A stretch of DNA of 64,000 bases from Carcharhinus amblyrhynchos (lineage: Eukaryota): NCBI GenBank assembly GCA_965287045.1, contig OZ336886.1, positions 19,964,001 to 20,028,000 on the forward strand. Reading direction: 5' to 3'. A program made the translations under genes and the position numbers. Below, piece by piece: positions 1 to 11,357 of the stretch. Numbering within the stretch: position 1 is the first letter of the stretch; each line of letters opens with the position of its first letter. The notes beneath the pieces were generated by a model. The model was not told where the DNA came from. It made no database searches and saw only the letters and a list, made by a program, of their open reading frames with translations.

Positions 1-221
1 ACGCTTCTTCCTCTAAATACCACCCATATGTGGTATTTCTTTTAAAAGGCTTAAAGAGTAACAATCCAAACTGATCAAAATGTTCATCAATTAAACAGTC
101 CAAACTAAATCAGCACCATTGCATCTATGTGGCATCCCCATTTTCAGTAGAAATCTCCCTTCAGCTCACAAAGAGTAAAATAGCCAATGACAGGGTGTGG
201 AATTTGCTGTTATCCAGACAA

Positions 222-452
222 AGGCAAAATCCTGCAGATGCTCGAATCTGAAACAAAAACAGAAAATGCTGGAAAATCTCAGCAGGTCTGACAGCATTTC
301 TGGAGCGAGAATTTAGCCAACATTTCGAGTCTGGATGTCTGACAAAGGGTCAGCCAGAAACATTGGCTCTATTCTCTTTCCACGTTGGGTCTATTTTCTC
401 TCCACAGATGCTGTCAGCCTGCTGAAATTTTCCAACATTTTCTGTTTTTGCT
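222..452. mobile_element. Non-autonomous fold-back element, probably Penelope-like (PLE) derived
   Basis: Inverted arms (aaacagaaaatgctggaaaatctcagcaggtctgacagc / gctgtcagcctgctgaaattttccaacattttctgttt) around a degenerate ctgacaaagggtca...gaaac core. Confidence 0.65.
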
Positions 453-1553
453 CCCTTCCTGATCTTGGCTGCACTATCCAAGGGAAATTGAGAGACTGGT
501 GAAGTGATTCCCCCTTGAAGAGGGACTGAGCTTATGAAGTGAACTCATGGACCTTACAGCCACTGGCTCCAGCTTCAGCAGCAGGACTTTTTTCTGTCCA
601 TTCAACTGAGAGGAACAATTATAAAAGAGCAAAGAAATTACAGGACAAAACTTGGAAACCAGTAATAAAGATTATATTCAAGTTGCTCTAAAATTAAGCA
701 TAATATTTCAGAATTGCATTACTAGACAGCTAAGATAATTTTCAGCTACCATAGAATATTTATTCAAAAATCTGCAAAAACCCACAGAGAAACGTCCAAT
801 ACTAGTAACAGATTATTGAAAGCTGTTTTTTCAATAGTGTGAGTAGCTTCTATGAGAAACTGTTTCCTTAATTGTGGACTAAATATTGAGCTGTGTCATT
901 TATTACATATCAAGAACAAAGGCTGCAACTAGCAACGGATGCAAATTTATTTATCCATCATTTATGCAAATGCATCTTTTTTTATTTGGAAAATGATAGA
1001 TATTTATCATTTGTTGCATTGAACTTATTAGGTGAGGTACATGCTATTAAAGTACTATTGAACTGCACTGCACAAGGTTGAGTGTATGCCACTATTTTCT
1101 AAAGGAAAACTAATGCTATCAAGGCATATAAAATATTTGGAGAAAGTAGCTTTCAAAACATTGCAGACATCAAGTATAAAGTTAATTTTATTGCCCGTCT
1201 CATTTCATATTACTGGGGTCATTCTCATACAAAAGGGCATTAGTTAGTAACAGGATACAGTGGGCATATCAAAGCTCATATTAAACTGCTCTGAGTTTCA
1301 GAGAATTTTTGTCAATGTCATACACTTAAACATGATTGATTTATAAACTACAGAAGTTAAAAAAAATTAGAGTTCAAGTAAATATGAAATAATTGGACTT
1401 AGTAGAACCCCCCCGTCTGACCTGCCACAATAAAGCCCTTTCAAGGTTGCCTACATTATTGAGAAATATGTGCATAATTTCATTTTGTCTACCTTCCAAC
1501 ATACAATGTTAGAAGTTAATTAAATTGCATGTCCATTGTGTTCATCCACTTAC

Positions 1554-1671
1554 AAAGTTAATGATATTCTGCTCCTGAATTGAAGAGCATTTTATAAAGC
1601 ATACACTATGGGACCTGGCAGACAGTACATAGCGCAGTTGAACTCTGTCATATTCTCCAATTACAGACCTC
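1554..1671 (-). other. Candidate unannotated exon A (RSVIGEYDRVQLRYVLSARSHSVCFIKCSSIQEQNIINF)
   Basis: Acceptor tttctgtcctaattag|G, donor TTT|gtaagt, 118 bp, stop-free phase 2 to 0. Protein not recognised. Confidence 0.3.
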
Positions 1672-2177
1672 CTAATTAGGACAGAAATGAATGGTTTTTT
1701 GTTTGACAATTCAGAACGTAACAAGTTGCTCTGAGACACAGGGGCATGCGCTAAGCTTATTTTAATATGCTGCACTTGCAATGCTGACGGCCATATTTTT
1801 TATACAGAGAACTGCACTGATTTTTGGAACAACAAAAAATAAGGAGAAAGGATTAACTTTTTAAATAAGGAGGAACAAACTTATTCCATATTTTGAAAGA
1901 TGCGGATTGGCTGCCGATCACACGTATAGTCACAGATTCAAACCCTCAATCCTAGCAAAGGCTGAAGCTTTGACATTGAGCAGAAAACTTTGTGGCAGGG
2001 GGGAGACATGGCACTTTCAAAGTTTTCAAAAAGGCCACGTGAAATCACTGCAGCAGACGTGACTGGGAAGGGGGTTACCTTCACACCATGTTGTTAATGG
2101 GTATCTGGAGAAAGACCTGCCTTCATATAGTGCCTTTCGCATCCCAAAGAGCTTTACAGCGATTGAAGCAGTTTTGA

Positions 2178-2468
2178 GGATGGCACATTGGCGAGCACTG
2201 CTGCCTCATAGCACCAGGGATCCGGGTTCAATTCTGGCTTCGGGTCACTGTGTAGAGATTGTACATTCTCCCCATGTTTCCTCTGGGTGCTCCGCTTTCC
2301 TCTGACAGTCCAAAGATGTGCAGGTTAGGTTGATTGACCTTAAGTGTCAGGGGGTTTAGTAGGGTAAATATGTGACATTGCGGGGATAGGGCCTGGGTGG
2401 GATTGCTGTTGGTGCAGGCTTGATACACTGAATGGCCTCCTTCTGCATTGTAGGATTCTATGTTTCTA
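2178..2468 (+). mobile_element. HE1-type tRNA-derived V-SINE
   Basis: tRNA-like head with A/B boxes (gggttcaattc), V-domain ttctccccatgtttcctctgggtgctcc, tail gtaggattctatg. Confidence 0.9.
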
Positions 2469-2717
2469 ACATAGAAAATATAATACTTGAAAAGGAAATG
2501 TTTGCATGGGTGCAGGGAAACACTGGGGGTCAAAGGAGTTAATTAGATAGCCTTACCACAAAACATATTGAGCAATGGGCTGTAAGATTCTACAGTAATC
2601 AGCGGGCTGCAACCTCAGCACAAATCAGAGCCCACCAGAATGAACAGGATTTGCAGCAGTACATTTGAGAGAATTCCACTTTCAGGATGTTTCACTTATT
2701 ATAGCCACCCATTTTAC

Positions 2718-2900
2718 GCCTCAGTACATGTGGCGCATGAGTTTGGAATTGGATACCAAATGTTCCCAGCCTGACTGAAAATGACAGGAGACAGCAACAG
2801 CTCACTCTTCCCATCTGGAGACAAACACTTCCTATTGATTAAGAAGCAGTGGAGGATTATACAGTCCTCGACCTTTTTGGAACCCAGTAGATGCAAAAAC
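2718..2900 (-). other. Candidate unannotated exon B (FLHLLGSKKVEDCIILHC...PNSCATCTE)
   Basis: Strong acceptor cttttcttcccttttggtag|G, weak donor GGC|gtaaaa, 183 bp, stop-free phase 2 to 2, in frame with candidate exon A. Confidence 0.25.
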
Positions 2901-5402
2901 CTACCAAAAGGGAAGAAAAGTTGATTAAGAGGAATACAAGGATAAAATCTATACAAAGGCAAGATCTATATCATACACTGAAAGTGTTTAAGTCTCATTT
3001 ACAATCACCCCACTCAAAACTGATTGCTGTTTTTATTTAAATGTTTTCTTTCTTTTGTGGTTCCTAAATGAGTTATGTCCAAGCTTCTAGCTGGTAGCAG
3101 TATATAAATTTATGATCACGACAGGAAAAGTTTTATTACCAAAGGCAAATAAAAGGGTTTTTTTTGTCTGTTGCCCGTTAACCCTTAAATTCAGAATAAG
3201 TCATGGATATTTTTATTTTGCCTCCGAATGGTTTCCCTAATGGAGTTTAGCAAGAAATAACCTGATCAAAAACTGGTCACAAACACTTGATTCATTAGAA
3301 TTTGCAGCTGAGAATTTTTACAAGTCAGTGCCATTGCAACATGACATATTGCAACATCAGCTGGTGACAGATAATAGTAGACCCCAACCGCATGCTAGAT
3401 TAAATAAGCATTTTGCCAATTTATTGAGGCAAACCATATCACAATGCATACCGTGATGTCAATTGTGAGATGCGTGTTAATTCTGATTATGAGTAAGACT
3501 ACAATAAAGAATTAACCTCCAGAGACAATCTCCAACCCAGGCGACCAGCTATTTGTAAAGCTTTGGTGGATGTCAGTGTTAATACTGATCAGTCAGCACG
3601 ATTATTCTTATGGCTTACATGCATCAAAGCTTTAAGATCACAAATAAGTCAATAGATGACGGCATTTTGAGTTTTTCCCTCAAAGCACCTGATGTACAGC
3701 AGGCAAATGTGTCACTGTGGAAATTGTTTGGTGTATTTATCAAGCAGATTAAACCAGACCTGGTCTAGTGGAACCCATTATCTGCCTCTTGGATTAGCAA
3801 AGTGAGCATCATTAAGATGAATACATCATTGAGGTAAAGTCATTTTTACAAACGTTGCTTATCTCAATTGTTTCATCTGTCCTTGGGGACACTGATTTAT
3901 TGCACGCTTTGTAAATTTTGAATCATCCTCTTCTACAGGCCTTACAATTGTTAGATGTGTTGTTAAACCACTCCCTGATGAATGTAGGATATTGTATGTT
4001 AGATATTAAATATCCCACAGAGTGCAGCATGACTGGCACATTTTCCCCCACCATTCTGTTCTCTTACAGTCTAACGCAACAATAGAAATTAGAATCAATC
4101 ATTCATTTACCATGCCAGCAATAAGATTTGATTAACAAAATTTATGTTTTTAGCTGCTGATGATGATATGGTGACTTCAGGTGCGGTTCAACAATAGTTG
4201 GCTAAGACGACTTTTTTTTTGGCTTATAATGAAGGATTTTCTTGCATCCATGCTTTATGGAAATGCACAAATGCACGAGCGCAAGTCAAACTTTGTATAG
4301 CAAAGACCTGTGTCAGCCAGATACCTGCCTCAGTTTTGGCTTACAGTTCCTCAAGTTGAGCCGAGTATACAGATCTATGTGTGAGGAGTTCAGCTCAGAG
4401 GACTGAACTGTCCCAGGCTGTTGGAGGTGGGCTTACGGCAAGCTTGGGGTGGGAAAGTCCTGGGGAGTGATGTTTGAGCCATGATACTGACATGAGTGCC
4501 ATCATCTTCTTACTCCCCCCACCACCTCTGTTTGGCTTTGAAGGCGAGTGGGGAAACCCTCTTTGATCTATCGGCTAAGTGATTAGCAGCCTGTTCTGTT
4601 AAGAACTCAATTATGAGCTGGTGTAGCTTTAAAAGCTGGATTTCTCAGCCTTGGAACACGTTTCCTGAGCTGTCAGCAACTCACTGAGATCATTGAGATG
4701 AGTGTGGAGAAGGAAGAGTTCCTTCAGGGAAACTGACAAGCTGGGAAATCATTTGTCAATTGCACTGGAAAGTTCCAGCCTTGGCCATTGAGAGCCTGTT
4801 GTTTCAAAGCACTCCTTCGCTCAGACAATGCTTTCATTGCTTGATTGCCAACTCCTTGGAAGACACTTTCAGTGGAATTCTTCAGCTGTACTGGTCTAAA
4901 AGCCAGAAATTCCTACTCAATTGTTAATGGGTCTTCACATTGTCTGCAACCCGTCTGCTATAATTGCGGTGGTGGGTGGGAGGGATGGAAGAAATCTGGC
5001 CTTCATCTGTTGAGCACTTCACTCACCTTTGGCTGCATTTCTCTGCTGCCAGCTTCAACATGGTACGGGAGCACCTTCCACCTCTGCTGAGGGGAAGGAG
5101 CTGAGGCCACACCAACGGCCAGCGCTCCTGCAGCAGAATGGGCAACAGCAACAGCAATACACACTCAAACAGCTCCCCACCCAGAAGGAAGGGAGGTGGG
5201 ACTGAAAACTGATATCCATCTGGAAAGAGGAGAGAGCCCCTCCAACACTTCCCCTCCATGCAGTCAATCAGCTCTCTTGAAGTTTGGTCAGCAGTGCTTC
5301 AGGGGACTCAGGCTTAGATGGCAGCTTGTTGCTGATATTAGTGCCTCCTAAAGCAAGATTTCTTTCCCAGTGAGCCAGATAAATACATTACCAGAGCCGA
5401 CT

Positions 5403-5710
5403 GGACAGCACGGTGGCACACTGGTTAGCACTGCTGCCTCACGGTGACAGGAACCCAAGTTCGATTTCCGGCTTGGGTCACAGCCTGTGCAGACTCTGCG
5501 TGTTCTCCTGTGTCTGCGCGGGTTTCCTCTGGGTGCTCCGACTTCCTCCCACAGTCCAAAAGATGTGCTGGTTAGGCACATTGGACATGCTAAATTCCCC
5601 CTCAGTGTACCCGAACAGGCACCAGAGTGTGGCAACTAGGGGATTTTTCACACTAATTTCATTGCAGTGTAAATGTAAGCCTACTTGTGGCACCAATAAA
5701 TAAACTTTAA
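5403..5710 (+). mobile_element. V-SINE with alternative 3' tail
   Basis: Same tRNA head and V-domain, but the tail ends ...gcagtgtaaatgtaagcctacttgtggcaccaataaataaacttt. Confidence 0.88.
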
Positions 5711-6589
5711 AAAAGAAACATTAAGTACCTATCACGGGAGAACCATCCTGCACACCCACCACTCAACTCCAGGTCTCTACCTCTCTCCGAGTCATATGGA
5801 CTCTTCTCCAGCAAGGACAGAAATCAGACAGCTGTGAGAACTTAGCTCAGTGATCTGTGCGCAGGGAAGGGAAGAGCAACTTTTGTGGAGGTTTACTATG
5901 AAGCATAGGTACGAGGGGGAAATAGGGTGAAGGTGTGAATGTTAGAGATTGAGGTGCCAGCAGTCAGAGAAATGAGCGGGGCTGCAAGGCATGTTATCCT
6001 GTGGCAAGTTGTACAGCTGAATGCTGGGAAAGTCTGAGTGTGAGACCTGAAAGCGTTCTGCAATTCATGCCCCCTTGGGGCTCTGGCTCCTCTCGGTATA
6101 TTGTCTTCAGGTTTGAGGGGCCATACTACAAGACTTCCTCAACCTCTTCCATCCACATGTGCTCAACTGGAGAGTTTGCGCTGTACTTCTGGCGAGAGCT
6201 CACTTCACTGCAGTCCCTGATATCCTCAGGCAGGACTTCCAGGTCAGAGTGAGAATCCTGTGAGCAACCTTCCCAGATGTTCTCTCCATTTGCTGCAGAT
6301 GCAAGTGCTGATGAGCTTTTCTGATCAATTTTGATTTGGTGGCAGGTCCAGTTTGAGGTTGGTGATTATCAAAAGTGCATCCTGGGTTCTAATGGAAATT
6401 CTAAGGATGACGCGGTTTGGTATAGGACCAGAGGGGGAATGTTGAGAGAGGAGTGTAGCCTCAGTGGGAAGAGATGGAATTTCCAAATGAATTCAGAGTA
6501 ACCGGCAGGGGTTTAAGGGTTATAGAAGAAAGGCACAAAGTGATGTTGGGAGGGTCAAGAGTGATGGGAACAATCATGAAGGTGACAGC

Positions 6590-6885
6590 ACAGAATCCCT
6601 ACAGTGCAGAAGGAGGCCATTCAGCCCATCGAGCCACTGACAATAATCCCACTGTAACCCGATGAATTTATCCTGCTAGTCCTCCTGTTACTAAGGGGCA
6701 ATTTAGCATGGTCAGTCAATTTAACCCGTACATCTTTGGAGTGTGGGAGGAAACCGGAGCACCCGGAGGAAACCCCCGTAGTTACAGGGAGAATGTGCAA
6801 ACACCACACAAACAGTCACCCAAGGCCAGAACTGAACCAGGTCAATGGTGTTGTGGGGCAGCAGCATTAACCTCCATGCCATCCA
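6590..6885 (-). mobile_element. HE1-type V-SINE
   Basis: Reverse complement of the head, V-domain (gtgggaggaaaccggagcacccggaggaaaccc) and tail (agaatccctacagtgcagaaggaggccattc). Confidence 0.9.
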
Positions 6886-6987
6886 GGGAGGAGGATACTG
6901 GGTTCTAGCGTTAATATGGCACAACATTTTGTCAAAATGTCCCCCAACAGCACATGTAGTGCCAAGATTGGAGACTGAAAGTGGGAA

Positions 6988-7102
6988 ATGTGTGTGTGTT
7001 TGTGTGTGTGCATGTGTGTGCACATGTGAATGTGCACATGTAGCATAGTGTGTGATTCAAGTGCATGCATATGCACGTGTCTGTGCGTGTGGTGCAAGTG
7101 CA
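6988..7102. repeat. Degenerate (TG/CA) microsatellite
   Basis: tgtgtgtgtgtttgtgtgtgtgcatgtgtgtgcacatgtg... Confidence 0.85.
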
Positions 7103-7373
7103 TGGAGTTTTCATTGAGAACAATGGAAGGTGCTGAAAATCTCACTGCTCGTCAGTTCTATGGGTGAAATTCATGGATACACATCTTCTCATCTCACTGT
7201 CTGCCTTCTTCACACAGTTCAATTGCTGGAATACCTGTGGGCCACATACATCCAATATTCCAACAACCTCAGGAGCAGGATGAAACATTGCGACAATGGA
7301 GAGGCTCCAGCTGTTAACATGTAATGCCTACAGCAGGCAGTACCAAAGGGAGAGGCTAGTGAGCTGACAGCCA

Positions 7374-7437
7374 CAGTAAGAAGTCTCACAACACCCATTG
7401 TGTTTACCCTAGCCCACCACTGGCATCTCTACATCAC
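7374..7437. mobile_element. 64-bp PLE remnant with 12-bp flanking duplication
   Basis: cagtaagaagtctcacaacacc joined to tgtgtttaccctagcccaccactggcatctctaca, flanked on both sides by agctgacagcca (7362-7373, 7438-7449). Confidence 0.75.
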
Positions 7438-10400
7438 AGCTGACAGCCAACCAGGAAAAGCATCAGAAAAGACAACAATCTGATTAGTCCAAGAATGAAG
7501 CACCTATGTGACCATGATCCCACCACTTGAATTCCATCACCTACTTGAAATGACCAACCCGTGTCAGCCTCCTGGTGGAACTACCTCTGAAGCTGCTTCC
7601 TCTGCCACTTAGTAGAGCAAAATGAGAGATTTCGGGGGTAGGAGGAATTTGGAAGGCATTAAATTCTATGCTATGTGAACGACATCACTGAAAGTAACAT
7701 CGTTTTCTTTGGGATCACCGGGAATACAGGAGAAACATGATCAATAAAATTTATTTATCGACATATGTTGCAAAGATGTTACCTGTGGTTTCATTGACTA
7801 TTTGGATTGCTGTATACATACTCAACTAATTGAATTCTGTATAGCCAACAGGTGCTGCAATGTATTTCACTGTTTGTTATTCGAGGAGCGTGAATTGTTC
7901 CCTGAGTTTGATTACTATTGCTTTTTCAGCCATATAGATCACAACAGAAATGATTTATAAAAGATAGAATTGTCAGCATGCAGCTTCCAAACTCTGTCAG
8001 AGATTTGAATAACTTGCTGCTGACATTGATCTAACATCGTCTTTGATATTGCTCGACAGGCATCAACATTATTTAAACCTAGACAACATCCTTCGACCAT
8101 TTACATTAAAGTACTACAGCATGCTGCAGTACATTGATGTTTTGGTGAATTAGTGAATTATCCAACCTCTCTTCCACAACTATAAAGCGTCGATGGGTCT
8201 TCAGTATGAAAGGGAGGGCACACGCTAACAGTGCAGAACACCATATGAAACAAATCAAACAAACAATACTGCACCCAGTTGGTATCTACGAATTCCTGAT
8301 TTGCTGATGATTTATGTCTGATATCATTAGAAACACTTCCTTTTCATGCTCCCTTCAAGAGGTTGGAGAAGTTGGAAAATACAGGTTATTGCTGATAGGA
8401 CTGGGTAAGACTTAATTACTATCCTTATGGCTGACCCAGTTTATTTTTTCTCCCCTGGTAAACTTCGCTCCCGTTGTGCTCACTTGGTCTAATTTTGAAA
8501 CATGTGTTGTTAATTTCTAAAATGTAATCTAACCTATAAATTAGGCCAAAGGACAAAGCAGCAAAATTACATATTGCTACCTTTTGAAAGAGAATTTAAA
8601 TTAGATTGTTTTATCTGTCTTAGCTGTTAACTGGCCTAGACATATTGCCAAAATGTGCGCACAAAGTAACAGAAGACTGCAGCACCCGAAAAGCCATCCG
8701 ACCCATCAAATCTTCACTGGTGTGTCATAATGATTCTGTGACAGCACGTAACATCATTAACTCCATAGAGTCAATGAAATAATTGCCTTAATTTAGAAGC
8801 ATAGTTTGGAAAATACTTGAATTTATCATTTACAATACATATAATGCACTGTATCACATTATCTTAAGGTTAAAAGGGTTAAGTACTGCACTATATCAAT
8901 TATTTTTCCACAGCAAAATTAAATAAAAAAACATTTCAACAATTAATTTCTTTCTTGCCAGGGTCTTCAGAAAAAAACGTGTGGGTCACTCCCTTCAATA
9001 CACTACAGCGAACTAGGACAGACAGTATAGCCTCAATGCAAATACATAGCTTCAGTACAAACCCATAACTTCGGTTCAAATCCATGAACTTCCAAAATCC
9101 ATTAACGTATTCTAGCAGCAGACACATTACAACTAACTGCTGTGACACTTCCAAAATCTGCACAAAGCTCCACCAAAATGTTGTTCAATAACTTCATGTC
9201 AGGGGCATATGTGCAGTTAAAATCAAATCCCGCATCGGGCTGCTCCCAAAACAATATCTCACTGTCAGCTTCACCATTGAATGTTGAGAGGTTGCTATGT
9301 TTATGTGATAGATAGAGAGTAAACCTGTTGCAAATATTTGGATCTCATAATTAGTGGTGCCAGTACTCTTTTAATAATGTGATAATTCTTAATTAATGCC
9401 AATCAATCTCTCTGGTACAAAAAAGTTAATTATGTTTGGCACCTCATTCTCTCAGGTCTGGAACTTCTCAGGGTAATTTTAAATAGGTCAAATTTTAAGT
9501 TCTAACATTTATTTTCTCTCTGCCACTTGTTTTTCCCTCCATCGTAATCATTTAACATTATAGTCACCCGTTCTAATTTACCCTCCTTCTCAGTCTTGCA
9601 TATCTAGCAACCCTTAAGTCTCAGATACGCTGTTGGTTGCCCCTGAGGGTCTATTTTCTTTACTGCTTTTTTCCTTGCTACTTTCCTTGTTATCAGGTAC
9701 GTTTATTATGCCGGGGGTTGACAGATACAGTGAATGGACACAAAGGCCATGCGCCTGTTTCAAGCGCAGGAGATAATCACCCAACAGACTCATTGGGTCT
9801 AACGTAAATTGAGATTAGATAGCCTCCAACTAATTCACATTAGATACAACACCATGGCACAAAGCTGCCCATGACAAACTATCCCTAAATTGTTAATCTA
9901 ATTCCAACAGACAGGACAGTCAGTCCAGGAGTCATAAATATGCAAGTATCCAAATTTCAACGCATGGGTCATTTGAAACCCACAATCCATTACAGTGCAG
10001 CAAACTCAACAAGAGAAACAACTTCTATTTACTTAGTGAGGTATTTAGACTTGGTGGTGAGCGGACAAAATTAATACCAATCACTGGAGTTGAGCAGGGG
10101 ATGGCTCAAGTTTCAGGGTCACACCTCATCAGCACAATTTAGAACGGTGACCTGTGAAAAATGTTTTTACCAAAAGCTGTTTGCATATTAACAGGGAGCA
10201 AATTCGGTTCCTAAAAAACAGTACTTTAAAATAGAGGTTCATCCATTCTGGTCAAATGGACAGTAAACATTATTAAATTGTTGCAAAGTGTCGAGGAGTA
10301 AGAATGCGTCAGGAGAGCCATGAGGTTTTCTGATTCAGTTGTGCACATGACGGTGCAACAAGTTTGAGAGAGGTGGAAGAGATGTCAGGGTATTGTATGC

Positions 10401-11042
10401 ATCTACTGTGAATTAGTTTAAGTTCTTCACTTTGCATGGCTGCAAAGGGAGTTGTTAGCATGGTCTCACAATTGAGTTTGTGGACTCTGTCTTTACCTCT
10501 TCTGTACTTGCATAACTCTCTCGTCTTTCCTCAAGTGCCTCCTGAACTTGGGTAGGCCATTTGCTCACCATTGATAGTACATCCGGATCCTTGCTCTCTC
10601 CCCAATTTTCTTTGGTGATCAGATGCCTCAAGGGCTAGTACTGGGCAGAGTGAAGATAAATACCTTGAAAATGATACACTGCCACTCACTTTCATCTCAT
10701 CAAGCAACAAGATAATCATAAACTGGTGTCACAAAATACATCTAAATTTTTCTGCAGGAAAAGAAATCTGAAAGCTCCATATAGATTTAACAGAGAACGA
10801 GCATCCTTTTAAATTGTTTAGCAAATTGCGTCCTGACATCTTTCCTCACACTTGGTTTGTTGGTGGGCCAACAAACATAGCAGAGAACAACCCCCAAATT
10901 AAATGTAGTTGTAAAACTTCCATACATTGTATATGGGATCTCCTTGCTCACCCTTTCCCACAGAAGCATGAGTCATTTCTGGAATGATTGAAAACTGTGC
11001 AGGACCAACTCACATGCAGTAAGGGGACAAAGGCTATGGTTT

Positions 11043-11357
11043 CATAGAATCATGGAATCCCCCTACTGTGCAGAAGGAGACCATTCAGCCCATTGAGCCC
11101 ATACTGACAACAATCTCACCAAGCCCCATCTCCTAACAGTAGGTACCCTGCTGATGCCCCTGACACTAACAGGCAATTTAGCATGGCTAATCAACCTCAT
11201 CTATATATTGCTGCACTGTGGGAGGAAAGCAGAGCCATGTGGAGGAAACCCATGCATACATGGGGAGAATGTGCAAACTCCACACTGTCACCCAAGATTG
11301 GAATTGAACCCAGGTCCCTGGCACTGTGAAGCAGCAGCACTAACCACTGTGCTGTCC
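11043..11357 (-). mobile_element. HE1-type V-SINE
   Basis: Reverse complement of head (gcagcagcactaaccactgtgctg), V-domain and tail. Confidence 0.9.

Larger units (their letters stand above)
6200..7330 (-). mobile_element. Decayed Harbinger Myb/SANT-like gene remnant, interrupted by a SINE and a TG-rich tract
   Basis: Minus strand ~6200-6295 translates QMERTSGKVAHRILTLTWKSCLRISG, resembling the RERTGGG..LT..EE..L.I.G motif. 7130-7330 resembles a broken Myb domain. Confidence 0.4.

Noticed and set aside
2178-2260. tRNA genes at SINE heads
   Set aside because: The A/B boxes run directly into the V-domain and tail, so they are SINE-derived rather than true tRNAs.
10663-10751. Minus-strand AG...GT segment with a good acceptor
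   Set aside because: Stops in all three frames and a weak donor.
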